Source of the DNA: an uncultured Thiotrichaceae bacterium
GTDB lineage: Bacteria > Pseudomonadota > Gammaproteobacteria > SZUA-229
Length of the DNA: 64,000 nt
Assembly (NCBI GenBank): GCA_964441285.1
Contig: CAYTUK010000005.1
Span: 3,596 to 67,595 of the forward strand
Direction of reading: 5' to 3'
The notes below the pieces were generated by a model. It had not been told where the DNA came from and did not search any database. It saw nothing but the letters and a program-made list of their open reading frames with translations. Both the position numbers and the translations under genes were made by a program. This document shows, one piece after another, positions 19,207-29,849 of the stretch (the first letter of the stretch is position 1; each line of letters opens with the position of its first letter).

Positions 19207-20103
19207 TTATAGATGTCCAGCAGTGATTAATTTTTTAATCATTTTATCCATACTTTCACTATTATAGTTAACAAATGATTTGATTTTCATACTTCTCATT
19301 CCGTTGAGTATTTTTTTGCCCTTTATGGTTTTATTCATTGCGAGTAGCTGCTGGTGAAACTGGCTAATCAACGCAGGAGAGAAATGGGTGCGGGCGGCAA
19401 TAATGTTTTCGGGGTATTTATTACTGGTAGCAATGATTCTTAAATCCCCAGTTTTAATTTTTTGACTCATGAGCTTAAAGTTAACCCCACACATTGTGGC
19501 CGCAGCATAATCGCCAAGCAGCACACCATGAATAGAATTTGATAGATTCCTGGTAAATACCTGTTTGAAATCCTGGTTATCTTTAAGACCTGACGCATAT
19601 AAATAGGCTCGCGGTGCCATATAACCACCGGCACCTAATGGACTAACAAAAGCAATTAACTTACCTTTCAAATCATCAATAGAGTGTATACCGCTATTTT
19701 TGCGTACAAATATTTCACTCTGACTGGTTGTTTTACCCTCGATATTTTCAATCTGTGCAACCGCAACGGCTTTGCCTGCATGGAACAAGAGATAATATAT
19801 GTATGAATTAATATAAAAAAAGTCAACTTTCCCGCTTTCAATGTCCTGTTTCATTCTACCGAAACCTCGGGGGAGAACCAGCTCAACTGGCCGTCCGAGC
19901 TGTGCACTCATATAATTAACAAAAGGTTGCCATTTGGCATATATGCGTGAAGGCTGGGCGATTGAAAGCACCCCAAAATGAATGCTCGTTGGCTTGGCTG
20001 CCTCGCCCTGTTGAAAGCTCAGCGATAAAAAAAGCAGCAGGAAAAACTGGAGGAGTCGTCGTGGCGTTAAGATCACAACCTGACCATTGACGGATTTCAT
20101 CAT
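19207..20103 (-). CDS. PhnD/SsuA-like periplasmic substrate-binding protein co-transcribed with the hybrid kinase
   Basis: It has a signal peptide followed by IHFGVLSIAQPSRIYAKWQPFVNYMSAQLGRPVELVL (PhnD-like fold). Its stop is 15 nt upstream of the kinase start. Confidence 0.75.
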   Translation of the reverse strand: MMKSVNGQVVILTPRRLLQFFLLLFLSLSFQQGEAAKPTSIHFGVLSIAQPSRIYAKWQPFVNYMSAQLGRPVELVLPRGFGRMKQDIESGKVDFFYINSYIYYLLFHAGKAVAVAQIENIEGKTTSQSEIFVRKNSGIHSIDDLKGKLIAFVSPLGAGGYMAPRAYLYASGLKDNQDFKQVFTRNLSNSIHGVLLGDYAAATMCGVNFKLMSQKIKTGDLRIIATSNKYPENIIAARTHFSPALISQFHQQLLAMNKTIKGKKILNGMRSMKIKSFVNYNSESMDKMIKKLITAGHL

Positions 20104-20308
20104 AGATTCCCCCAGCTTTTACTTATTAAGGATATATATTCTGGGAAAATAACATAATAAGCAGAAAAATAGCAACTGCAATGGTCTAATGCCACCCGAC
20201 TCTTTAATAAGAGATAATAATTATCAACGATTAAGGTGTCATAATGAGTCAAAAACGAACATACAAAACAATATCACTGTTCCTTTAATGATCAGTGATA
20301 TGAATCGG

Positions 20309-20388
20309 GGTTTATTGCTGTGGCCGACTGCCGCATGGAAACGGCAGTCGAGCGTACGGGGATGTATTTACAGCGGGTTACAGCAATC
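20309..20388 (+). repeat. Divergent variant (F) of the palindromic element; its right arm overlaps the apbC stop codon
   Basis: cgactgccgcatggaaacggcagtcgagcgtacggggatgtatttacagcg. The core hairpin is replaced by ctgccg/cggcag but keeps GTCGAGC…GTATTTACAGCG. The arms ttattgctgt and acagcaatcaa are different from the other copies. Confidence 0.6.
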
Positions 20389-21517
20389 AATTGTTTTGAA
20401 TAATAATATTCGGAAATTTAGCTGAATAGTCTTTTGCCTTAAGTGATAATCTGGCTGCTGTGCGACGAGCAATATCACGATAAATCTGACTGGTTTTGCT
20501 ATCAGGGTCATCCGCTACGCTGGGATGGCCTTCATCCACATTGACTCGAATATTAATGTCCAGGGGCAGAGCACCAAGAAAATCCACATTGTACTGCTCG
20601 CTCATGCGGTTGCCACCACCGGCACCAAAAATATGCTCAGCATGGCCACATTCAGAACAGATATGAATACTCATATTCTCAACAATACCCAGCACTGGAA
20701 CTTCCACCTTCTCAAACATTTTCAGACCTTTACGTGCATCAAGCAACGCAATGTCCTGCGGTGTAGTAACAATAATTGCGCCACTAACCGGTACTTTTTG
20801 CGCCAGCGTTAACTGGATATCGCCAGTACCTGGCGGCAGGTCAACAATTAAATAATCCAGTGATTTCCAGCGCGTATCACGCAGTAATTGCTCCAATGCC
20901 TGCGTTACCATTGGGCCACGCCAGATCATTGGTGTTTCTTCATCAATCATAAAACCAATTGACATTGCCTGTAATCCATGTCCTCCCATTGGCTCCAGTG
21001 ACTTACCATCACTGGACTCTGGTTTTCCCTTGATACCTAACATGCGCGGAATACTGGGGCCGTAAATATCAGCATCAAGAATACCCACGCGGGCACCTTC
21101 CTGCTGCAATGCCAAAGCGAGATTGACTGCGGTAGTTGACTTACCCACACCACCTTTGCCGGAAGCCACAGCAATCACATTCTTGATGCCTTCCAGTGGG
21201 TTCATACCACCCTGGACAGAGTGACTGCCAATTTCCCAGCTTGCATCCACCTGTGCAGTGGCGATACCATCAACAGCTTCAATTTTTTCTTTCAACTCAG
21301 CACTTAAGCCATCAACAAAACCAAACGCTGGATAACCCAGTACAACTTTTACTTTGACTGCATTACCTTCAATAGTAATATCTTTAACCGCACCCGCTGT
21401 AACTAGATCTTTCTCCAGATTCGGATCAATATACTGTTTCAGGGCTTGTTCTACCTGTTCTTTTGTTACGCTCATGGCGGAAACTCCACAACTAAATAAT
21501 ATAAACTGGATGTGCAT
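20387..21517 (-). CDS. apbC: Fe-S cluster carrier ATPase ApbC/Mrp
   Basis: P-loop GKGGVGKST and CxxC (CSEC). It is divergent from metG as in E. coli. Confidence 0.92.
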   Translation of the reverse strand: MHIQFILFSCGVSAMSVTKEQVEQALKQYIDPNLEKDLVTAGAVKDITIEGNAVKVKVVLGYPAFGFVDGLSAELKEKIEAVDGIATAQVDASWEIGSHSVQGGMNPLEGIKNVIAVASGKGGVGKSTTAVNLALALQQEGARVGILDADIYGPSIPRMLGIKGKPESSDGKSLEPMGGHGLQAMSIGFMIDEETPMIWRGPMVTQALEQLLRDTRWKSLDYLIVDLPPGTGDIQLTLAQKVPVSGAIIVTTPQDIALLDARKGLKMFEKVEVPVLGIVENMSIHICSECGHAEHIFGAGGGNRMSEQYNVDFLGALPLDINIRVNVDEGHPSVADDPDSKTSQIYRDIARRTAARLSLKAKDYSAKFPNIIIQNN

Positions 21518-21691
21518 TCTACAGTAATAACCAGCCGATTTAACCTTAGTTTTGCCGTGAAGGTCTAGCCATTTGTAGATAGGACATGACGAAACCGCCG
21601 GTAAAATACGACCTTGCTCATCATAAACCCATGCAAATCAGCTGGTTTGGTGCTAAATTATGCGCCCCTGACAGCTCAGCACTTCACATCC

Positions 21692-23761
21692 ATGACAGCA
21701 AAACGCCACATACTCGTTACCAGCGCCCTGCCCTACGCGAATGGCCCAATCCATCTGGGACATCTGGTCGAATATATTCAGACCGATATCTGGACTCGCT
21801 TTCAACGCCTGCGCGGCAATACCTGTTATTACGTTTGCGCTGATGATGCCCACGGCACACCTATTATGCTGCGTGCCCGTCAAGATGGCATTACACCCGA
21901 AGCCCTCATCGCGACCACGCAAAAAGAGCACGAAGCCGACTTTGCTGATTTTAATATTGGCTTTGATAATTATTACAGCACCCATTCGGACGAAAACCGG
22001 GCGTTTGCCAGGAACATCTACCTTAAATTACGCGATGCTGGCCATATCGCCACACGCACCATCAAACAGGCTTATGACCCGGAAGCCGAAATGTTTCTAC
22101 CCGACCGTTTCATTAAAGGCAACTGTCCAAAATGTGGTGCCGACAATCAATATGGTGATAACTGCGAAGTGTGTGGTGCCACGTATGATTCAACCGAACT
22201 GAAAAATCCGCTTTCCGCTGTCAGCGGTGCCACCCCGGTTGAAAGAGATTCAGAGCAATATTTCTTTAAGCTCGCTGATTTTACTGATATGTTAAAACAG
22301 TGGCTCAATAATGGTCATGTACAAAGTGAAATTGCTAACAAGCTCAAGGAATGGTTCGAAGAAGGTCTACAGGACTGGGACATTTCCCGAAATGCCCCTT
22401 ACTGGGGATTCGAAATTCCTGATGCGCCGGGCAAATACTTTTATGTCTGGATGGATGCGCCGATGGGTTATATGGCGAGTTTCAAAAACCTGTGTGAACG
22501 TGAAAACATCAACTTTGATGAATACTGGGCAGCGGACAGTAAAAATGAACTCTATCATTTCATTGGCAAAGACATCGCCCGCTTTCACACTTTGTTCTGG
22601 CCTGCTGTACTAGATGGCGCGGGTTATCGTAAACCAACCGCCGTTTTCTGTCATGGCTTTCTCACTGTCAATAGTCAGAAAATGTCAAAGTCACGTGGTA
22701 CGTTTATTAAAGCACGTACCTACCTTGATAATTTAAATCCGGAATATCTGCGTTATTATTATGCCGCCAAACTGTCTGCAGGGGTGGATGATATAGATCT
22801 TAACCTCGAAGACTTTATGCAACGCGTAAACTCTGATTTAGTCGGCAAAGTTGTCAATATTGCCAGCCGCTGCGCCGGTTTCATCAACAAGAAATTTGAT
22901 CACCAGTTAGCCAGTGAATTAGCCGATAAAGATTTATACCAGAGCATGGTCAATGCAGGCGAACAAATTGCAGACTATTTTGAAAACCGCGAATACAATA
23001 AAGCCGTGCGTGAAATTATGGCACAGGCAGACAAAGCTAATGTGTATATCGACAATAAAAAGCCCTGGGCATTAATTAAACAGGAAGGTAAAGCCGATGA
23101 GGTGCAGAAAGTCTGTACCCAGGGGATCAACATGTTCCGCCTGCTAATGATTTACCTGCATCCAGTTCTACCTGTTATCGCAGAAAAATCCGCTGCATTT
23201 TTAAACTGTGAATTAAACTGGACAACCCTTGAGCAACCCCTGCTTGGCCATAAAATAAACAAATTTAAACCTTTAATCACGCGTATCGAAAAAGAGCAGA
23301 TTCAGGCCATGACTCACGACTCCATTGAAAACAACGCATCTGAAAACAGGACATCAACAGAAAATTTGCCAACGACTGGCATCACTGAAACCACAAAACC
23401 CGCCAGTGAAGCCTTAACTGAAAATCCAGTCGCGGCGCAAATTAGCTTTGAAGATTTTGCAAAAATTGATTTACGCATCGCGAAAATCATTAAAGCAGAA
23501 CAGGTAGAGGGTGCGGATAAATTATTGCAGCTCACTCTGGATATTGGCGGCGAAAGCCGAAATGTTTTCGCGGGCATAAAATCAGCCTATAAACCAGCCG
23601 ATCTGGAAGGGAAACTGACCGTTATGGTGGCGAATCTAGCCCCCCGTAAAATGCGTTTTGGTGTATCCGAAGGCATGGTACTAGCGGCTGGACCAGGCGG
23701 TAAAGATTTGTTCGTGTTACACCCGGATGATGGTGCAATTGCCGGAATGCAGGTTAAATAA
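21692..23761 (+). CDS. metG: Methionyl-tRNA synthetase with a C-terminal tRNA-binding domain
   Basis: [28 protein letters not shown], the zinc knuckle CPKCG…CEVCG, and KMSKS. The start is placed at ATG 21692; the ORF track extends to 21614. Confidence 0.93.
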   Translation: MTAKRHILVTSALPYANGPIHLGHLVEYIQTDIWTRFQRLRGNTCYYVCADDAHGTPIMLRARQDGITPEALIATTQKEHEADFADFNIGFDNYYSTHSDENRAFARNIYLKLRDAGHIATRTIKQAYDPEAEMFLPDRFIKGNCPKCGADNQYGDNCEVCGATYDSTELKNPLSAVSGATPVERDSEQYFFKLADFTDMLKQWLNNGHVQSEIANKLKEWFEEGLQDWDISRNAPYWGFEIPDAPGKYFYVWMDAPMGYMASFKNLCERENINFDEYWAADSKNELYHFIGKDIARFHTLFWPAVLDGAGYRKPTAVFCHGFLTVNSQKMSKSRGTFIKARTYLDNLNPEYLRYYYAAKLSAGVDDIDLNLEDFMQRVNSDLVGKVVNIASRCAGFINKKFDHQLASELADKDLYQSMVNAGEQIADYFENREYNKAVREIMAQADKANVYIDNKKPWALIKQEGKADEVQKVCTQGINMFRLLMIYLHPVLPVIAEKSAAFLNCELNWTTLEQPLLGHKINKFKPLITRIEKEQIQAMTHDSIENNASENRTSTENLPTTGITETTKPASEALTENPVAAQISFEDFAKIDLRIAKIIKAEQVEGADKLLQLTLDIGGESRNVFAGIKSAYKPADLEGKLTVMVANLAPRKMRFGVSEGMVLAAGPGGKDLFVLHPDDGAIAGMQVK

Positions 23762-23870
23762 CCCCGCTTAACTGGCAGAGCGTAATACTCCCAGTTATCG
23801 CGGTATTTCAACATCTTATCAGGCAAACAGGCAAGCTTCTGCAAATAGACCATTATTAGCGCTACACTGA

Positions 23871-25187
23871 TTGAATATAATGAATGTATTAATTCTCGAA
23901 AATAGCCGTTTATTCCAGAAGATCCTGCTTGACCTGCTAACCGAGCTGGACTGCCTTGTCTGCTGCGTACGTACCGGCGAAGAAGGCCTGAATACACTGC
24001 AAAGCAAGGGTGCCAACTATTTTAATTTAATTATCGCTTCACAACATATTTTTGATAGTAGTGGCCGCCAGTTTATCAGCCACTGCCAGAAAAGTGCCGA
24101 AAAGATTCCCATCATTCTGCTCACATCCGAACCGAATGAAACCCTGATGAAAAATGCACATGCAGCAGGCATTGAGGATATTTTTCCAAAAACCAATCTC
24201 GCCTACCTGAAATCCAGTATTCGCCACTATATAAGAGGAGGAAGCACCTTTAATTTTCAGGATGGTAAAGTACTTTATGTTGAAGACAGCCCTTCTGTTT
24301 TCCATATTGTAATTAATTATCTAAAAAAAATGGGGCTCAGTATTACCCATTTTGAGTCAGCCGAAGAAGCTTTCCATGCTTTCACTCATAACGAATATGA
24401 TCTGGTGATTACCGATGTCATGCTACGAGACACGATGGATGGATTATCCCTGGTAAGAATGATTCGTGCTCAAAACACACACATTGCCAATACACCTATC
24501 CTTGCCATGACCGGCAATGACAGCTCACAGTTAAAAATTAATTTACTGCACGCAGGCATCAACGACTATGTATCCAAACCTCCCATAGAAGAAGAACTGG
24601 CGGCAAGAGTCAATAACTTAATCACCAATAAACGCCTGGCCGATAAAGTCCGCAGCCAACAGCATTCGCTCTACCAAATTGCAATGACCGACCAGCTAAC
24701 AACCTGCCACAACCGCCATAGCCTGTCAGAATACGCGCCAAAATACATCAAGGATTCAAACCGCTACAAATTTCCACTATGCATTATGATTCTGGATCTC
24801 GACCATTTTAAGCAGATCAATGATAAATTTGGTCACACTACCGGGGATATTGTGTTGAGCGTGGTCGGTAAGCTACTTATGTCGACCTGCCGCCAGGGGG
24901 ATATTGTCGCTCGCATTGGTGGTGAAGAGTTTTTGATTTTACTGCCACACTGCAAATTACAGGATGCGGGCCAGAAGGCTGAGAATATTCGTTCAATGAT
25001 TGAGTCATCCAACCCTGAAAGTATTAGCATAACAGCCAGCATCGGCATCGCCCGCCTACATGAAAAACACAACAATGATTTCGACAACCTCTATAAAGCG
25101 GCAGACAATGCCGTTTATCAGTCAAAAAACAATGGCAGAAATCAAGTGAGCATCGACGCTGAAAGCGCTGCGATTTTAACGACATAA
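23871..25187 (+). CDS. PleD-like response regulator diguanylate cyclase (REC-REC-GGDEF); the first REC is degenerate
   Basis: The first REC has Ser at the expected phospho-acceptor position (NLIIASQHIF). The second has YDLVITDVML. The GGDEF region has RIGGEEF and DHFKQIND. Confidence 0.85.
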   Translation: MNIMNVLILENSRLFQKILLDLLTELDCLVCCVRTGEEGLNTLQSKGANYFNLIIASQHIFDSSGRQFISHCQKSAEKIPIILLTSEPNETLMKNAHAAGIEDIFPKTNLAYLKSSIRHYIRGGSTFNFQDGKVLYVEDSPSVFHIVINYLKKMGLSITHFESAEEAFHAFTHNEYDLVITDVMLRDTMDGLSLVRMIRAQNTHIANTPILAMTGNDSSQLKINLLHAGINDYVSKPPIEEELAARVNNLITNKRLADKVRSQQHSLYQIAMTDQLTTCHNRHSLSEYAPKYIKDSNRYKFPLCIMILDLDHFKQINDKFGHTTGDIVLSVVGKLLMSTCRQGDIVARIGGEEFLILLPHCKLQDAGQKAENIRSMIESSNPESISITASIGIARLHEKHNNDFDNLYKAADNAVYQSKNNGRNQVSIDAESAAILTT

Positions 25188-25290
25188 AGCACCATCTCAA
25201 TATTGCTACTGGCCTGGATACCCCTAAAAATCATCGCGTTCTTGCGAAAAATCAAATCGCTACATAAAGCCAATCTGTTAGAATAGGCGC

Positions 25291-25872
25291 ATGACTGAAT
25301 ATACACTGATTTTACTTAGTACCATACTGGTCAATAACTTTGTACTGGTAAAGTTTCTGGGGCTATGCCCCTTTATGGGCGTATCGCGTAAACTCGAAAC
25401 CGCAATGGGTATGGCGCTGGCAACCACGTTTGTACTCACACTTTCATCGGTGAGCAGTTATCTGGTCAACGAATACATCCTGATACCGCTTGGGCTGGAA
25501 TACATGAGCACTATTATGTTTATTCTCGTTATTGCTGCGGTGGTACAATTTACCGAGATGGTCGTGCATAAAACCAGTCCGTTACTGTACAATGTACTGG
25601 GTATTTTCCTCCCTTTGATCACCACCAATTGTATCGTTCTGGGTGTTGCTCTGCTAAATGTAAAGGAACAACATGGCTTTATGCAATCCCTGTTTTATGG
25701 GTTTGGTGCCGCAGTGGGGTTTTCCCTGGTACTCATTCTATTCTCTGCTATTCGTGAACGCATCCTGGTGGCAGATGTACCAGAACCGTTTAAGGGCACA
25801 TCCGTCGCACTAATTACCGCTGGAATTATGTCACTGGCTTTTATGGGTTTTACCGGTCTAATCAAAGTATAG
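25291..25872 (+). CDS. rnfA: Rnf/Rsx electron transport complex subunit A
   Basis: Polytopic membrane protein with [20 protein letters not shown]. Confidence 0.92.
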   Translation: MTEYTLILLSTILVNNFVLVKFLGLCPFMGVSRKLETAMGMALATTFVLTLSSVSSYLVNEYILIPLGLEYMSTIMFILVIAAVVQFTEMVVHKTSPLLYNVLGIFLPLITTNCIVLGVALLNVKEQHGFMQSLFYGFGAAVGFSLVLILFSAIRERILVADVPEPFKGTSVALITAGIMSLAFMGFTGLIKV

Positions 25873-25876
25873 CCCC

Positions 25877-26461
25877 ATGCTAACGGTTATTATTGCGCTG
25901 GCTCTCCTTGCTGTCATCCTTGGTTTAATTTTAGGTTATGCTGCGATTCGCTTTAAGGTTGAAGGCGATCCAGTCGTTGACCAGATTGATGCCGTATTAC
26001 CACAGACACAATGTGGGCAGTGTACTTTTACCGGCTGTCGTTCCTATGCCGAAGCGATTGCCAACGGCGAAGCCGATATCAACCAGTGCCCACCCGGCGG
26101 CGAAGCGACCATTATGACACTGGCTGACTTACTCGGTGTCGATGCCAAACCGCTCAATGCGGAACATGGTGAAGAAAAACAGCTGCCGACCATTGTCAGG
26201 ATTGATGAACAAAGCTGTATTGGCTGTACGCTCTGCATTCAAGCCTGTCCGGTAGATGCAATTTTAGGCGCGGCAAAACAAATGCATACTGTTATTGAAA
26301 CGGAATGCACCGGCTGTAACTTATGCATCCCACCCTGTCCCGTTGACTGTATCCATATCATTGAAATAAAACCCACCATAGGCCACTGGATTGCAGAGTT
26401 ACCCGCAGCGGACTATATAACACCACACACAACAACTCACGCAAAAACCAGCAATATCTGA
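25877..26461 (+). CDS. rnfB: Rnf complex subunit B (ferredoxin-like, 4Fe-4S)
   Basis: CGQCTFTGC… plus two CxxCxxCxxxCP motifs. Confidence 0.92.
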   Translation: MLTVIIALALLAVILGLILGYAAIRFKVEGDPVVDQIDAVLPQTQCGQCTFTGCRSYAEAIANGEADINQCPPGGEATIMTLADLLGVDAKPLNAEHGEEKQLPTIVRIDEQSCIGCTLCIQACPVDAILGAAKQMHTVIETECTGCNLCIPPCPVDCIHIIEIKPTIGHWIAELPAADYITPHTTTHAKTSNI

Positions 26462-26498
26462 CAAGCAAAAGCGGATAACCAATACAAAACTTACCCAT

Positions 26499-28067
26499 AT
26501 GACAGTCGCAGAGAAAATTTCAAAATTTGGTGGTGGTCTTGTCCTAGAGGCACACAAACACCTGTCAAACACTGGAACCATCACGGCTGTCCCAGCCAGC
26601 AGCCAGTATCTGGTTCCACTGCAACAACACATTGGTGGCATCAGTAAAAGTCTGGTCAAAGTTGGTGACCATGTATTAAAAGGGCAGCAGCTCGCCCAGC
26701 CAACAGGGGTTGTTAGCGCCGCAATTCACGCACCTGTTTCCGGCACTGTTACGGCCATCGACAATCAGGCAATGCCACATATCTCTGGTCTTACTGACCT
26801 GTGCATTACCATTGAAAATGATTTTCAAGACAAATGGGTGGAGCGACAACCGTTAGCTGAAAACTACAACCATACTTCCTCTCGTGATTTACGACAATTA
26901 CTCCGCGACGCGGGGATTGTCGGGCTAGGTGGCGCAGTTTTCCCCGCTGCTGTCAAAGAAACTGAGATGTACGTTCGCACTTTAATTCTTAACGGCGTGG
27001 AATGTGAGCCTTATATTACCTGCGACGATATGCTTATGCGCGAACGTGCCGCACAGATTTTATCTGGCGCAGATATCATTGGACACATTATCAAAGCAAG
27101 AGAATGCGTTGTTGCCATTGAAGACAATAAACCCGAAGCGATTGCCGCGATACAAAAAGCAATCGACGCAGACGGCACTGGGTTTTTTCGCCTGCAAACC
27201 ATCCCGACTGTTTACCCTAGTGGCGGCGAAAAACAGCTAATTAAGCTTATTACTGGCAAGGAAGTTCCTCTCGGCCATCGCCCACCCGAAGTCGATGTGT
27301 TATGCCACAATGTAGCAACCGCCTATGCCATCCAGCAGGCAGTGTTTGAAGCCATACCGCTAATTTCACGCATTATGACCATTACCGGATACGGCGTTAA
27401 ACAGCCCCAAAATCTCGAAGTATTAATCGGCACCCCTATGATAGACTGCATTACGCAATGTGGTGGTTATGTTGAGGCGAGCTGCGAACTGATTATGGGT
27501 GGCCCGATGATGGGGTTCACCCTTGAATCAGACCGTCTGCCGGTAACCAAGGCAAGCAACTGTCTACTGCTAATGCGTAACAAGGAAACATCTGCAGTAA
27601 CAAAACCACATTTACCCTGTATCCGCTGTGGAAAATGTGTCGCAGCCTGTCCAGTGCGCCTGTTACCGCAGCAACTTTACTGGTATACCAGCAGTAAGAA
27701 TATGGAACGGGCGCAGGATCATCATCTATTTGACTGTATCGAATGTGGCTGCTGTGCCTATGTCTGCCCAAGTGATATTCCACTGGTACAATACTACCGC
27801 TTTGCTAAAACAGAAATTCGTGCAAAAGAACGTGAACGCATTGCCGCCGATATGGCGAGGCAGCGGCACGAAGCGCATCAACAAAGACTGGATAAACAGA
27901 AGCGTGAGCGTGAAGAACGCCTGCGTAAAAAACGCGAAATGTTAAAAGATAAAAGCAGGACAAATGCCGGTGACAATAATAAACAGGCGGCCATCACTGC
28001 TGCAATTGCCCGGGCAAACGCAAAAAAGAAGGCGCGTGCGCAAGCCGATAAGCCAGCCAAAGAATAA
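26499..28067 (+). CDS. rnfC: Rnf complex subunit C
   Basis: GLGGAVFP and 2x CxxCxxCxxxCP. It has a Lys/Arg-rich C-terminal tail. Confidence 0.92.
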   Translation: MTVAEKISKFGGGLVLEAHKHLSNTGTITAVPASSQYLVPLQQHIGGISKSLVKVGDHVLKGQQLAQPTGVVSAAIHAPVSGTVTAIDNQAMPHISGLTDLCITIENDFQDKWVERQPLAENYNHTSSRDLRQLLRDAGIVGLGGAVFPAAVKETEMYVRTLILNGVECEPYITCDDMLMRERAAQILSGADIIGHIIKARECVVAIEDNKPEAIAAIQKAIDADGTGFFRLQTIPTVYPSGGEKQLIKLITGKEVPLGHRPPEVDVLCHNVATAYAIQQAVFEAIPLISRIMTITGYGVKQPQNLEVLIGTPMIDCITQCGGYVEASCELIMGGPMMGFTLESDRLPVTKASNCLLLMRNKETSAVTKPHLPCIRCGKCVAACPVRLLPQQLYWYTSSKNMERAQDHHLFDCIECGCCAYVCPSDIPLVQYYRFAKTEIRAKERERIAADMARQRHEAHQQRLDKQKREREERLRKKREMLKDKSRTNAGDNNKQAAITAAIARANAKKKARAQADKPAKE

Positions 28068-28130
28068 ACCTGCGGCTCTTTTTCCATCTTGTTGCGCTGC
28101 ATCACACATTAACGAAAAAATATTTGAATA

Positions 28131-29177
28131 ATGCTATTTAATCGATCACCAGCCCCCCATATAAAAACGAATATCGGCGTACAAACAATGATGTTTCAGG
28201 TTGTTTATGCGCTCATTCCCGGTGCGCTGGCAGCCATGTATTTTTTTGGCTGGGGAGTGTTGTTTAATTTAACCATCGCCATCAGCGTTTGCCTGCTAAG
28301 TGAAGCGCTGATATTAAAAATGCGCCGGCGTGATGTTGTTGAACGACTCGCCGATGGTAGCGCACTGGTAACTGCCTGCCTGCTGGCATTGGCGCTACCA
28401 CCACTAGCCCCCTGGTGGTTAACCACCATTGCGTGCTTATTTGCTATCGTTGTAGCCAAACATTTATACGGCGGACTCGGCTATAACCCCTTTAATCCAG
28501 CGATGGTTGGCTATATTGTTGTCATGATTTCATTCCCATTACAAATGACTTTATGGACCACACCCGTCAGTATTGGCAGTGGCTGGCCCGATTTTATTAC
28601 CACCTTTAACTGGGTATTTAACGGGGTTTTACCTGCACACCACACCCTGGATTCTATTTCAATGGCGACCCCTATTGACGTTATTAAAACCCAGCTAACT
28701 CAATTGCACGGTATTACCGAGACGCGTAGCAGCAGCCAGTATAAATTATTATTTGGCGCGTTCAGTGGTATTGGCTGGGAATGGATAAATGGACTTTACC
28801 TGGCAGGCGGCATCTGGTTAATCCGGAAAGAGGTTATAGACTGGCGTATTCCTGCCGCGTTATTAATCAGCCTGGCCTTTTTTGCTAATATCTTTTCGGT
28901 TATCGACTTTCAGACCTACAATTCTGCTTTATTCCAACTCTTTAGCGGTGGTACCATGTTGTGTGCCTTTTTTATCGCCACCGATCCCGTTACGGCAAGT
29001 ACAACACCCAAAGGTCGCTGGATTTACGGCATTGGTATTGGCTTATTAATTTTTATTATCCGTACCTGGGGCGGTTACCCCGATGGCATTGCTTTCGCTA
29101 TCGTCCTGATGAATATCACTGTCCCCATTATTGATTATTACACATTACCGAAAGTTTACGGTGATCCAGGTCACTAA
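28131..29177 (+). CDS. rnfD: Rnf complex subunit D
   Basis: N-terminal MLFNRSPAPHIK and FFGWG, then a membrane protein. Confidence 0.9.
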   Translation: MLFNRSPAPHIKTNIGVQTMMFQVVYALIPGALAAMYFFGWGVLFNLTIAISVCLLSEALILKMRRRDVVERLADGSALVTACLLALALPPLAPWWLTTIACLFAIVVAKHLYGGLGYNPFNPAMVGYIVVMISFPLQMTLWTTPVSIGSGWPDFITTFNWVFNGVLPAHHTLDSISMATPIDVIKTQLTQLHGITETRSSSQYKLLFGAFSGIGWEWINGLYLAGGIWLIRKEVIDWRIPAALLISLAFFANIFSVIDFQTYNSALFQLFSGGTMLCAFFIATDPVTASTTPKGRWIYGIGIGLLIFIIRTWGGYPDGIAFAIVLMNITVPIIDYYTLPKVYGDPGH

Positions 29178-29192
29178 CCGATCAGCGCGCAG

Positions 29193-29837
29193 ATGAAACT
29201 GTTACTCGACAAACCTAAAAAAGTGCTTATTACCGCATTCCTCCTGACAATATTTGCAATTGCCGGTGCCGCACTGGTTGGTCTCACCTATTCCTCGACC
29301 AAGGAGGATATCCGTCATAATGAACAGCTAACTCTGCTACGAAAACTCAACACCATTATTCCGGCAAAAAAATATGATAATAATTTACTTGAAGACACTA
29401 TTACCGTTCCTGCTGACACCCTGCTAGGAACCACGGAGGCAGTCAAAGTCTATCGCGCAAGAAAACAGCACAAGGACGTTGCTGTCGTTTTACCTGTCAC
29501 TGCGCCCAATGGTTATAACGGTCCGATAGACATGCTTGTTGGCATCTATAATGATGGAAAAATTGCAGGGGTACGGGTTGTCGAACAACGAGAAACACCC
29601 GGCCTCGGTGATGCAGTTGATCGCAGGCATTCTAGCTGGGTCGAAGGTTTTAACGGGAAAAGCCTGCAGCAGCCGGACGCAAAGCACTGGAAGGTCAAAC
29701 GTGATGGCGGTGTATTTGACCAGTTTACCGGCGCAACAATCTCCCCACGGGCAGTAGTAAAAGCGGTTCACTTTGCTCTGTTATACTTTAGAAAACACCA
29801 TGATGAATTATTTACTCAGCAGAAAACCAGCGAATAA
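29193..29837 (+). CDS. rnfG: Rnf complex subunit G (FMN-binding)
   Basis: GYNGPIDMLVGI…TPGLGD…FDQFTGATIS. Confidence 0.9.
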   Translation: MKLLLDKPKKVLITAFLLTIFAIAGAALVGLTYSSTKEDIRHNEQLTLLRKLNTIIPAKKYDNNLLEDTITVPADTLLGTTEAVKVYRARKQHKDVAVVLPVTAPNGYNGPIDMLVGIYNDGKIAGVRVVEQRETPGLGDAVDRRHSSWVEGFNGKSLQQPDAKHWKVKRDGGVFDQFTGATISPRAVVKAVHFALLYFRKHHDELFTQQKTSE

Positions 29838-29849
29838 AAGGTAACCGTA

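Noticed and set aside
21614-21691. A 26-codon N-terminal extension of metG ([12 protein letters not shown]…) suggested by the ORF track. Similar upstream extensions are suggested for pepA (40648), valS (43066), feoB (52946) and feoC (55320).
   Set aside because: Alignment with orthologous N-termini (MetRS MT.K.ILVT…PYANG, PepA MEYSVKSG, ValRS MEKTYNP, FeoB G1 motif) places the true starts at internal ATGs with better RBS context. The extensions overlap upstream genes or promoters.
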